From Candidatus Sericytochromatia bacterium (GTDB lineage: Bacteria > Cyanobacteriota > Sericytochromatia > S15B-MN24 > JAQBPE01): 64,000 nt of DNA. Made by a program: the position numbers and the translations under genes. This document shows positions 36,606-44,850 of the stretch, piece by piece. The notes beneath the pieces are model-generated. The model saw only the letters and a program-made list of their open reading frames with translations, was not told the DNA's origin and searched no databases. The stretch is taken from NCBI GenBank assembly GCA_035285125.1, contig JAYKHR010000155.1:1-64000 (forward strand), given 5' to 3'. The first letter of the stretch is position 1, and each line of letters opens with the position of its first letter.

Positions 36606-37609
36606 TGGCCTCGCTCCTCATCTCCGCGCTCATCACGCTGGCGCTGCTGGGGGGCGTGGCGCTGGTCGCGCTGCCCTTCTGCAGGATCCACGTGGGGGAG
36701 GGGGAGCGCCTGGTCGTCTCCAGGCAGGAGGGCGTGCACCGCGTGAGGGGCCCGGGCACCGCCTGGGTGCTCCCTGGCCTGGAGGCCTGGATGACGCTGT
36801 CCATCCGGCCGCAGGTCCAGAGCCTGGAGGTCTCCGGGATCCAGGCCCAGACTGGGGCCTGGATGTCGGCCGTGCTCCGCGTCGACTTCGTCGTGCTACA
36901 GCCAGAGCGCGCCGTCGAGCTGATGGGCACGACGCGACTGGGGCCGGCGCTCGACCAGCTCGTGCGCACGGCCTTCGAGGTGGCGGTCTCGACCCTGCCC
37001 CCCGAGCGGCTCATCGCCGCCGAGGACCGTCGCCACCTCGGGCGCGGCCTGAAGAAGGCCATCAACGAGACGGCGCTGGGCTGGGGCCTCGACGTGACCA
37101 CCGTCGAGGTCGCCGAGGTGCGCGAGGTCGCGGGCCCTGCCGCGGGAAGCCAGGGCACGTGGCAGGTCGTGCTCGTCGCGACGGGCGAGGTGCCGATGGA
37201 GGTGGCGAGGGCCCTCACGGGCATCACGGACCTCGGCCTGCTGGAGGCCAAGGCCCTCGTCGACGCCGCCCCAACGGCGTTGCCCGTGGCGGGCGACGTG
37301 GCCAGGGCAGAAGCCTGCCGCGCCGCGCTCGAGCAGGCTGGTGCCACGGTGGCGCTGCACCTGATGCGGGAAGAAGCGCCTGCGCCCGCGCTCACGGGTG
37401 AGGTCGTGGACGTCGTGCTGCAGGCGGCGGGGCCGCGGCTGATCGAGGTGATCAAGGTGTTGCGACGCGTCACGGGTTGGGACCTCGGCCACGCCAAGGC
37501 CGTGGTCGACCAGGCCCCCTACGCCATCATGCACCGCGTGCGCCGGGGCGACGCGGAGGAGGTCCGTCGCGCCCTGGAGACCGTGGGCGCGTCGGTCGAG
37601 CTGGTCTGA
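36605..37609 (+). CDS. SPFH (band 7) domain protein with two C-terminal ribosomal L7/L12-CTD-like domains
   Basis: TM, HVGEGERLVV..GPG..LPG, INETALGWGLDVTTVEV; then ..GLLEAKALVDAAP.. and DVVLQAAG..IEVIKVLRRVTGWDLGHAKAVVDQAP..AEEVRRALETVGASVEL; TGATG coupling to upstream gene. Confidence 0.82.
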   Translation: MASLLISALITLALLGGVALVALPFCRIHVGEGERLVVSRQEGVHRVRGPGTAWVLPGLEAWMTLSIRPQVQSLEVSGIQAQTGAWMSAVLRVDFVVLQPERAVELMGTTRLGPALDQLVRTAFEVAVSTLPPERLIAAEDRRHLGRGLKKAINETALGWGLDVTTVEVAEVREVAGPAAGSQGTWQVVLVATGEVPMEVARALTGITDLGLLEAKALVDAAPTALPVAGDVARAEACRAALEQAGATVALHLMREEAPAPALTGEVVDVVLQAAGPRLIEVIKVLRRVTGWDLGHAKAVVDQAPYAIMHRVRRGDAEEVRRALETVGASVELV

Positions 37610-37612
37610 GCG

Positions 37613-38191
37613 TCAGGCCCTCGCAAAATCCGCAGGCTCGTTCAGGTCGAGCAGCACCTCGGCGTCCGGCACGGGCACCAGCCGGCGGTGGGCCTCATAC
37701 CGGTGCACGATGGCGCGCAGGCCCAGCGGCTCGGCGGCGACGGCCTGCAAGTCCGGCAGAAGGTCGCCGCGGAACATCACCGGGTGACCATGGTGCCCCT
37801 CGTGCGTGGGCTGCAACACGGCAAAGGCAGGTCTGTAGGCCTCACACAGCCTTGCCACGACGCCCCCGGCGAGGGGCTGATCCACAGCCACCACCAGCAC
37901 GCCGGCCACAGGTGCCCGCACCAGGGCGAAGGCGGCAGCCAGGCTGCTGCTCCGCCCCTCGTCGTACCGCGGGTTGAACACCGTCCGCACGCGCGAGTGA
38001 CTCGGCACGAAGGGCTCCAGGAGGTGGGCCTCGTGGCCGAGGACCACGATGACCTCCCGGCACCCCAGCAAGGCCCTGACCTGGTGGGTGATCAGCGGCT
38101 GCCCACGCCACTCCAGCAGCGCCTTGGGGCGCCCCATCCGCGTCGAACGACCCGCCGCCGTTACCACGGCGACCACATCTGCCAGCCTCAT
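37613..38191 (-). CDS. mocA: Molybdenum cofactor cytidylyltransferase-like nucleotidyltransferase
   Basis: AAGRSTRMGRPKALL, NPRYDEG..SSL, VDQP, GHPVMF, DLNEP. Confidence 0.8.
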   Translation of the reverse strand: MRLADVVAVVTAAGRSTRMGRPKALLEWRGQPLITHQVRALLGCREVIVVLGHEAHLLEPFVPSHSRVRTVFNPRYDEGRSSSLAAAFALVRAPVAGVLVVAVDQPLAGGVVARLCEAYRPAFAVLQPTHEGHHGHPVMFRGDLLPDLQAVAAEPLGLRAIVHRYEAHRRLVPVPDAEVLLDLNEPADFARA

Positions 38192-39039
38192 AGGCTCTCC
38201 CCCTCAGCGGCCGGAGGCTCGGGCAGCCCGGCCCCGACGCCCATCGGCGCGCCCGTCCGCCCGTGGCGCCACAGCTGGAGCTCTGACAGGATCGAGAGCG
38301 CCACCGCCGCCGGCGACTTGCCGCCAAGGTCCAGGCCGATGGGCGCCCGCAACCCGGCGAGCAGCAATTCGAAGCCCTGCTCGGCCGCCAGCTCGGCGCG
38401 AATGGTCTCGACCTTGTGCCGGGAGCCGATCATGCCCACGTAGCGCCAGGGGCGAGCCGCGGCGGCCCGCAGCACCAGACGGTCCGTGGCGTGGCAGCGG
38501 GTGGCGATCACGACGAAGCAGTCCTCGCTGCGCTCGATGGCGCCGAACGGCTCGCGCAGCGACGGCACCACCTCGAGGCGCTGGGCGTACGGGAAGTGGT
38601 CGCGCGTCACCCACTGGGGCCTGTCGTCGATCACCCAGACGTCGAAGTCGAGGTCCCGCGCCATGCGCGCCACGGCCTGGTTGACGTGGCCGCCCCCGAT
38701 CAGCAACAGGCGCGGGTGGCCGACGTAGGGCTCGAGGAACAGGCGGATGCTGCCGCCGCACGTCATCCCCAGCGTGGAGGCCTCGTCATCCGTCAGGTGG
38801 TGTTCCAGTTCCTGCGGCGCGCGCTCGGCGATGGCACGCACCAGCCGGTGGATGACGACGGCCTCCAGCGCCCCTCCGCCCACCGTGCCTGCCAGGATCT
38901 GGCCGTGGGCGTTCACCAGCAGCTTGGCCCCCACCTCCGTGGGGATGGAGCCGACGATGCCCGTCACGGTGGCCAGGCCACACGGGGTGCCCTCCGCCAC
39001 GCAGGCGTGCAGGCTGGAGATGACGGGCTCGTTGCGCAT
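38188..39039 (-). CDS. xdhC: XdhC/CoxI family molybdoenzyme maturation factor
   Basis: GTVGGGALE, GMTCGG, IGGGHV, IDDR, YVGMIGS, APIGLDLGGKSP..VALSI. Confidence 0.9.
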   Translation of the reverse strand: MRNEPVISSLHACVAEGTPCGLATVTGIVGSIPTEVGAKLLVNAHGQILAGTVGGGALEAVVIHRLVRAIAERAPQELEHHLTDDEASTLGMTCGGSIRLFLEPYVGHPRLLLIGGGHVNQAVARMARDLDFDVWVIDDRPQWVTRDHFPYAQRLEVVPSLREPFGAIERSEDCFVVIATRCHATDRLVLRAAAARPWRYVGMIGSRHKVETIRAELAAEQGFELLLAGLRAPIGLDLGGKSPAAVALSILSELQLWRHGRTGAPMGVGAGLPEPPAAEGESL

Positions 39040-39057
39040 CGCGTCGGCGGCCGGGCC

Positions 39058-40422
39058 TCAGACCAGCACCGAGGGCGCCGGGCTCAGCTCCTGGTAGATG
39101 ACGTGAGCCAGGCGCTCGGCGATCGCCTCGATCGCGGCCCGGTCGCGCCCCTCCACCATCAGCCGCAGCAGGGCCTCCGTCCCCGAGGCCCGGAGCAGGA
39201 TGCGGCCGGCGCCTCCGAGCTCGGCCTCGGCTTGCCGCACGGCCGCCGTGATGGCCGCGTTCTCGGACCAGCCCGTGAGGCGCTGCACCCGAAGGTTGTG
39301 GAGCAGCTGCGGATAACTCGTCATGTCGGCCGCAAGGTCGTGCAGCGTGCGGCCGCTGGCGCGCACCGCCTCCAGCACGCGCACGGCGCTGATGAGGCCG
39401 TCCCCTGTGGTGTTGTCGTCGAGGAAGATGAGGTGGCCGCTCTGCTCCCCCCCCAGCCGGATGCCGCGGGCCTGCATCTCCTCGAGCACGTACCGGTCCC
39501 CGACCTTGGCCCGGATCAGCTCGCCGCCGAGGTCGCGGACGGCATCCTCGAAGCCCATGTTGCTCATCACGGTCGCCACGACGGAGGGGGTCCCCAGACG
39601 CCCTGCGGCCACGCCGTGCCGGAGGCAGATCAGCATCAGCCTGTCTCCGTCGACCGGGGCGCCGGTGTGGTCGACGGCCAGCAGGCGGTCGGCGTCGCCG
39701 TCGAAGGCCAGCCCCACGTCAGCTCGGGCGGCCACGACGGCCTCCTGCAGCAGCGTCAGGTGCGTCGAGCCGCAGCCCCGGTTGATGTTGTCACCGTCAG
39801 GCTCCACGTGCAGCGGCACCACCTCGGCCCCCACGGTCCTCAGCACGGCGGGCCCGAGCACGGAGGCCGCGCCGTGACCGCAGTCGACGACCACCTTCAC
39901 GCCCCCGAGGCCGGCGGGCAGCAGCCCACTGACGTAAGCCGTGTATCGCTCGACGAGCTCGGCGCCTTCGGTGATGCGGCCGAGGGCCTCTCCCGTCGGC
40001 CGTGGCAACTGCTCCGGCGTCCGGATGAGCGCCTCGATGGCGTCCTCCACCGCATCGGGAAGCTTGAAGCCGTCAGGCCCGAAGAACTTGATGCCGTTGT
40101 CGGGGGCGGGGTTGTGGCTCGCGGAAATCATCACCCCCGCAACCGCGCCCGTCAGGCGCGTCAGCCAGGCGACCCCGGGCGTGGGCACCACGCCGAGGCG
40201 CCGCACGTGCACGCCCACCGAGCAGATGCCCGCACACAGGGCGGCCTCGAGCATGTCACCGGACCGGCGGGTGTCCTTGCCCACGACCACCGTCGGGTGG
40301 GCCTCCTGGCTCTGGGCGCGCAGGTAGGCCGCGCCAGCCCGGCCGAGGTCGAACGCCAGCTCGGGCGTGAGGTCCCGGTTCGCGAGGCCGCGAACGCCAT
40401 CGGTGCCGAAGAGTCGAGCCAC
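39058..40422 (-). CDS. glmM: Phosphoglucosamine mutase
   Basis: RLFGTDGVRG, DTRRSG, ISASHNP (phospho-Ser), FDGDADR, GGEQSGH, RASGTE. Confidence 0.95.
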   Translation of the reverse strand: MARLFGTDGVRGLANRDLTPELAFDLGRAGAAYLRAQSQEAHPTVVVGKDTRRSGDMLEAALCAGICSVGVHVRRLGVVPTPGVAWLTRLTGAVAGVMISASHNPAPDNGIKFFGPDGFKLPDAVEDAIEALIRTPEQLPRPTGEALGRITEGAELVERYTAYVSGLLPAGLGGVKVVVDCGHGAASVLGPAVLRTVGAEVVPLHVEPDGDNINRGCGSTHLTLLQEAVVAARADVGLAFDGDADRLLAVDHTGAPVDGDRLMLICLRHGVAAGRLGTPSVVATVMSNMGFEDAVRDLGGELIRAKVGDRYVLEEMQARGIRLGGEQSGHLIFLDDNTTGDGLISAVRVLEAVRASGRTLHDLAADMTSYPQLLHNLRVQRLTGWSENAAITAAVRQAEAELGGAGRILLRASGTEALLRLMVEGRDRAAIEAIAERLAHVIYQELSPAPSVLV

Positions 40423-40492
40423 GGTGTCAGGTCCTGTCGAGGGGCGCAAAGGCCCGTGCGGGGAGAATTGCGGCCGGCGGGCGGCCGGCGCC

Positions 40493-40501
40493 ATTGTACC
40501 A
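40493..40501 (-). promoter_or_regulatory. Extended -10 promoter for glmM
   Basis: TGGTACAAT on minus strand about 70 nt upstream of glmM. Confidence 0.6.
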
Positions 40502-40543
40502 CCAGAGGGCCTGGCCGACGCCGCGGCGGCCGCGGCCCGGGGC

Positions 40544-41749
40544 TCACATGAAGTTGCGCGTATGCAGGCCGGCCAGCTCCGCGGCCACGTCTGCGGCAAA
40601 GCCGAGCTTCAGCATACGCCCCCGGCGCCCGGCCTCCATCTCGGCCTGCAGCATCAGCACCGCCGCGTGACCCCGGGCAATCGCCGCCGGGGTCCACGCC
40701 CCGGCGGCGAGCACCACCAGGGCGTCGAAGACTTCGTCGTTGAGGCCGGCCGTGCCCGCGAGGGCGTCATGGCGGCGGCGCACCGAGGCGGCCAGGCGCG
40801 CCGCCAGGGTGGGGTCGTGGCGCAGGTGGCGCTGAAGGTGAGCCATCCCGAAGGCCACGTGCCGGGCCTCGTCCTGGGCGGCCAGCCGCATGATGGCCCG
40901 CGTCACGGGGTCCGGGGCGTGGGCCTCCAGGAAGGCCAGCAGGCTGAGAAAGGTGCCCTCCCCCATCACGGAGAGCAGGAACGACGCCAGCGCGAAATCA
41001 GGTTCTTCGAAGAGCGTCTGGAGGGAGGCCTGACCTCCGACCGTCGAGAGCCCGAGGCACTGCCGACGTCGGGTTGCCCGGCGGGTGAAGACCTCCACGT
41101 GGCGCGCCTCGTCAGCCACCTGGACCGCCAGCAGCTGCATGACCTCTCGGAAGTGCGGATGAAGCCGCCCCAGGAAGCGGGCCGGCACCAGCAAGGCGGC
41201 GTTCTCGTTCTCGATCAGGTAGGTGAGGACCTGCACCAGCGCGTCCTCGACCTCGTCGGGCAGCTCGAACGGCGCCTCCCACGGGATCGCCGTGGCCGGA
41301 TCCCACTGGGAAGCGGCGGCCTGCGCATAGAGGCGGCCCGCGTCGTCGGACCAGACCTGGTCGAGGTCGTCGAGGCCGAACGAAAACGAGGGGCCCCCGG
41401 CCTCCACCACCGCCCCACGCGCTGCCACCCCCCAGCGCGCCGGCGGGCGGGCCGCCAGGGCGCCCTCGACCCGCGGGTCCGGGCCGCCCGCCTGCTCGGC
41501 CCCCTGCCAGCGGCCGGCAGCGGCAGCCCCGACGCGCACCACGCCCGCGACCTCCGCCGCCGGCTCGAAGCCGTGGCCAGCCTGGCGGCACCAGGCCCGC
41601 AGGTGGATGGGGAGCTCTGGCGAGGCCCCCGTGACGGCCAGCGTTGCCCCCACCGGGAGGCCGGCCAGGGCCCGCTTGAGCAGCAGGAGCCCCCCCCGAT
41701 CGAGGCCGAGGTCCGCGAGGTCGAGCGGCGCCGGGTGCCCCATGGCCAC
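40544..41749 (-). CDS. TusA-like N-terminal domain fused to ferritin-like di-iron domain
   Basis: LDLADLG..KRALAGLPVGATLAV..AWCRQAGH (TusA fold); ENE, two DEARH (ExxH) motifs, GEGTF. Confidence 0.75.
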   Translation of the reverse strand: MAMGHPAPLDLADLGLDRGGLLLLKRALAGLPVGATLAVTGASPELPIHLRAWCRQAGHGFEPAAEVAGVVRVGAAAAGRWQGAEQAGGPDPRVEGALAARPPARWGVAARGAVVEAGGPSFSFGLDDLDQVWSDDAGRLYAQAAASQWDPATAIPWEAPFELPDEVEDALVQVLTYLIENENAALLVPARFLGRLHPHFREVMQLLAVQVADEARHVEVFTRRATRRRQCLGLSTVGGQASLQTLFEEPDFALASFLLSVMGEGTFLSLLAFLEAHAPDPVTRAIMRLAAQDEARHVAFGMAHLQRHLRHDPTLAARLAASVRRRHDALAGTAGLNDEVFDALVVLAAGAWTPAAIARGHAAVLMLQAEMEAGRRGRMLKLGFAADVAAELAGLHTRNFM

Positions 41750-41750
41750 C

Positions 41751-42608
41751 TCAGTACACGTAGGCCGGCTCGCGGATGGCGCCGCTCGCGTCGTAGAAGG
41801 CGGCCTCGGTCACGGCGCGCTCCAGGGCGTCGTAGCCCGCCGTGCGACCCGGGAGCCAGGCCTTCAGGCCCTCGAGGTCGAGCAGGGGGCGCACCTCGGG
41901 GTCCTCGTAGCGCAGGCCGAGCAGCAACTCGACGAAGCGCCGCTCCCTTGCGTCGTCGGCCGGCGCGAACGAGGTGAAGCAGCAGTGATCGTAGGGCAGG
42001 GTCTGGCTCACCACCCGCGTCGCGCCGGGCGTCAGCAGGCCCTCCCGGCTGAAGGCCAGCATGTTGCCGTCGATGATCGCGGCGGCGTCCACCTCGCCCG
42101 CCAGCAGGGCCCGCACGGCATCCCGCTCGCCGCCGATGTGGTCGCCATGCTTGCCGGCCAGCACATCGAAGCGGCGCACCTGCGCGTCACGCAGGGGGTC
42201 GAGGCCGGCGGCCCGCAGGTGAGAGAGGGGCAGCAGCGTCGCCTGCGGCGAGTCGATCGCGCCCACCCCGAGGGTGCGGCCGCGCAGGTCCGCGACGGCC
42301 TGCACGGGGCTGTCCGCGCGCACCATCCAGACGGAGGTGAGGTCCCGATCCGTGTCGCGCATGGCGATGGCGCGCGCCTCCCGGCCGGCGGCCAGCCCGG
42401 CACGCCGGGTGCGGACCCAGGCCAGGGGAGAGTTCCACGCCACGTCGAGGTGGCCGGCGAGGTGGGCCTCGACCTGGGCCTCGTAGTTGGAGTAGAGCAC
42501 GTAGTCGAAGGGCAGCCCCTGGCGCCCGAAGAATGCCTTGAAGCCCTCCCAGATCGTCACGACCTTGGGGTCGTAGGCCACGGCGCCCAGCACGTAGGGT
42601 TGCGTCAC
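41751..42608 (-). CDS. PhnD/SsuA-like substrate-binding-fold protein without signal peptide
   Basis: YSNYEAQVEA..LDVAWNSPLAWV, VRADSP..ADLRGRTLGVG..SPQATLLP, ALLAGEVDAA. Confidence 0.8.
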   Translation of the reverse strand: MTQPYVLGAVAYDPKVVTIWEGFKAFFGRQGLPFDYVLYSNYEAQVEAHLAGHLDVAWNSPLAWVRTRRAGLAAGREARAIAMRDTDRDLTSVWMVRADSPVQAVADLRGRTLGVGAIDSPQATLLPLSHLRAAGLDPLRDAQVRRFDVLAGKHGDHIGGERDAVRALLAGEVDAAAIIDGNMLAFSREGLLTPGATRVVSQTLPYDHCCFTSFAPADDARERRFVELLLGLRYEDPEVRPLLDLEGLKAWLPGRTAGYDALERAVTEAAFYDASGAIREPAYVY

Positions 42609-42618
42609 GGCAGGCCTC

Positions 42619-43758
42619 CTAGCCGAACAGGGGCAGGCCGCACACGGCCTTCCCGATGAAGTCGTACAGCGCGTCCGCCGTCGGCGCCATCACGCTGGAG
42701 GCGCGGGCGTCGCGGAACGCCCGCTCGACACCGACCTCCTTGCGGAAGGCGGCGCCTCCCCCGACGCGCATCGCCGCGTCCGTGACGCCCAGCGCCGCGT
42801 CCCCGGCGGCGGCCTTCACCTCGAGCACCCGCAACATGGCATCCTCGCGCCCGCCCTCGAGCGCCGCCACCGTGTCGAGCACCAGCAGCCAGGCCTGGTC
42901 GGCCTGCACCCGGGCCCGGGCGAGCTGGGCCCGCACCGTCGGCATGTCGGCCAGGGCCTGGCGCAGGTGGGTGTAGGAGGTGGTGGCCGCGTGCGCCGCC
43001 GCGCCCCGCAGGGCAGCCTCCATCAGGCCGCAGCTGACGGCCGCGTTCATCACGTTGAAGTAGGGCAGCACGATGCCCATCATCACGTCGAAGCCCCCGC
43101 CGTCCGGGCCGAGGCGGTCGGCCTCCCGCACCCGGACACCCCGCGCCTGGACGGGCGACGAGGCGTTGCCCCTGAGCCCGAGGCCGTCGAAGGGCGCCGC
43201 GACCGTGAGGCCCGGGGCCTTCGCGTCGACGAGCCAGATGGTGCTGGGGGCGTCGGCGGCGAGGGGGCGGCTCGACCACACGTAGCTGTCGGCCTCGCCG
43301 GCGGAGGTGATCCAGCTCTTGTCGGCGTCGAGGGCCACGCCGTCCTCCACCGCGACCGCGCTGCTCTGGGGGGCCCAGAACATCGAGCGCGAGCCCACCT
43401 CGGAGAACGCGAGCGTCGAGACGTGCTCGCCGCGGGCGATCGCCTCGCGCACCTCCCGCGGGCCGTGGGCCTCGATCACGGCCGCGCCACAGTAGTGCAT
43501 GCAGACCACCATGGCGGTGGTGCCGCAGCGCTCGGCGATCGCGCGGACGACCTCGGCGGCGGCGCGGTGCCCGAGCCCCATCCCGCCAACCTCCCGGGCG
43601 CTGACCAGGCCGAGCCATCCCGCTCGCGCCAGGGCCTCGAGGGCGCGCCGGGGGTAGCGCCCCTCCACGTCCACGGCCTGCGCGTCCACCGCGATGACGT
43701 CTTGCAGGGTCTGCTGGAAACCCGGGTCTGTGGCAGGCGAGGCGAGTTGGGCGTTCAT
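42619..43758 (-). CDS. Acyl-CoA dehydrogenase-fold flavoprotein (atypical)
   Basis: TLAFSEVGS, KSWITS, GLGLRGNASS, MRVGGG, ERAFRDARA; ACAGGAG RBS before ATG 43758. Confidence 0.85.
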   Translation of the reverse strand: MNAQLASPATDPGFQQTLQDVIAVDAQAVDVEGRYPRRALEALARAGWLGLVSAREVGGMGLGHRAAAEVVRAIAERCGTTAMVVCMHYCGAAVIEAHGPREVREAIARGEHVSTLAFSEVGSRSMFWAPQSSAVAVEDGVALDADKSWITSAGEADSYVWSSRPLAADAPSTIWLVDAKAPGLTVAAPFDGLGLRGNASSPVQARGVRVREADRLGPDGGGFDVMMGIVLPYFNVMNAAVSCGLMEAALRGAAAHAATTSYTHLRQALADMPTVRAQLARARVQADQAWLLVLDTVAALEGGREDAMLRVLEVKAAAGDAALGVTDAAMRVGGGAAFRKEVGVERAFRDARASSVMAPTADALYDFIGKAVCGLPLFG

Positions 43759-43917
43759 GGCTTGGCTCCTGTGTTCGCGGTAGGTGGGAGGCTGCGGGGG
43801 CGCAGGTGCAGCGCCTTTCGTCGGGTGGTCGGGACGAAGCCCCAGACGCACGGGGAGCTCCAGAGCCTGCGCGGCAACGGCGCAAGGGAATGGCCCTGCC
43901 CCGAACCGTCAAGGCGG

Positions 43918-43946
43918 GTTTACCCAGGCAACGGGTCGGGTATCCT
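43918..43946 (+). promoter_or_regulatory. Candidate SigB/SigF-type promoter (GTTTAC-N14-GGGTAT) overlapping a sigma70-like TATCCT
   Basis: GTTTAC 43918-23, GGGTAT 43938-43; ATG 43953 has no RBS, so transcript may be leaderless. Confidence 0.45.
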
Positions 43947-43952
43947 TGGAAT

Positions 43953-44843
43953 ATGCCTGCCTTTTCGTCCGGACGTCAAACCCCTCGAACCCCTGTATTG
44001 GTGGTCGCCCTGGCGATCGCAGCCCTGGCGGGTTGCTCCGTCGTGGCACCGAACGTCATCGCATCAGGCGCCCGGGGCGGGGGGGCGCCGTCAGGCCCGG
44101 CAGCCTCCGCGCCAGCCTCGGCCTCCGACGGGAATGCGCCGCCGGCCTCGGGGCCCGTGGCCGGTCAGCAGCCCGCAGGGCTGCCCTCCGGGTTGGGTGT
44201 GGCAATGCCGCCCCAGGCACAGCCCGGGCAGGCAATGGCCGTGGCGCCGCCCGCCACCACGGCCACCGAGGGCCAGGCGGCCACCACCTCGCCGGGGGGC
44301 ACGCCAGCCGCGCCACCAGCTGAGGCCGCCACCAGCGGCCCGCCGCCGGAGGTCGTGCCCGCGGCGGCGCCCGAGCCGACGGCCCCGCCCCGCGTGGTGA
44401 TGCGCGCACTCGCGCCGAACATCAGCTTCCTCGACGCAGCGGGCCAGTCGCACACGCTCTCCGAGTGGCGCGGCAAGTTCGTGGTGCTGATGTTCTTCTC
44501 GCACACCTGCGGCATCTGCGCCAAGGAAGTGCCCAAGATCCAGGCGCTGACGAGCCTGCGCAGCCCCGACGCGGTGGTGCTGCCGATCGAGTCCACCATG
44601 GGCACCAACGCGCAGGCAGCCGGCTTCGCGAGCTCCCACGGCGTCTCCATCCCCGTCTACCACGACCCCTCGTGGGAGGCCCCCAAGACCTACCTGGTCA
44701 AGAAGTTCCCGCAGGCCTTCGTGGTCGCGCCCGACTTCAAGGTCATCGAGGACGTGGCCGGCGAGGCGTCCGTCGAGTTTTACGACATTCGCTTCCGGCG
44801 CTACTTCCCCAGCATCCCTGCCCCCATCATCCCGGGAGTCTGA
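43953..44843 (+). CDS. TlpA/ResA-like thioredoxin lipoprotein
   Basis: Lipobox LAGC, Pro/Ala linker, APNISFLD..LSEWRGKFVVLMFFSHTCGIC, YHDP, cis-Pro KFPQAFVV. Confidence 0.85.
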   Translation: MPAFSSGRQTPRTPVLVVALAIAALAGCSVVAPNVIASGARGGGAPSGPAASAPASASDGNAPPASGPVAGQQPAGLPSGLGVAMPPQAQPGQAMAVAPPATTATEGQAATTSPGGTPAAPPAEAATSGPPPEVVPAAAPEPTAPPRVVMRALAPNISFLDAAGQSHTLSEWRGKFVVLMFFSHTCGICAKEVPKIQALTSLRSPDAVVLPIESTMGTNAQAAGFASSHGVSIPVYHDPSWEAPKTYLVKKFPQAFVVAPDFKVIEDVAGEASVEFYDIRFRRYFPSIPAPIIPGV

Positions 44844-44850
44844 GCCCGTC

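Noticed and set aside
40423..40543. Riboswitch/ribozyme upstream of glmM
   Set aside because: Short leader with no recognisable glmS ribozyme core
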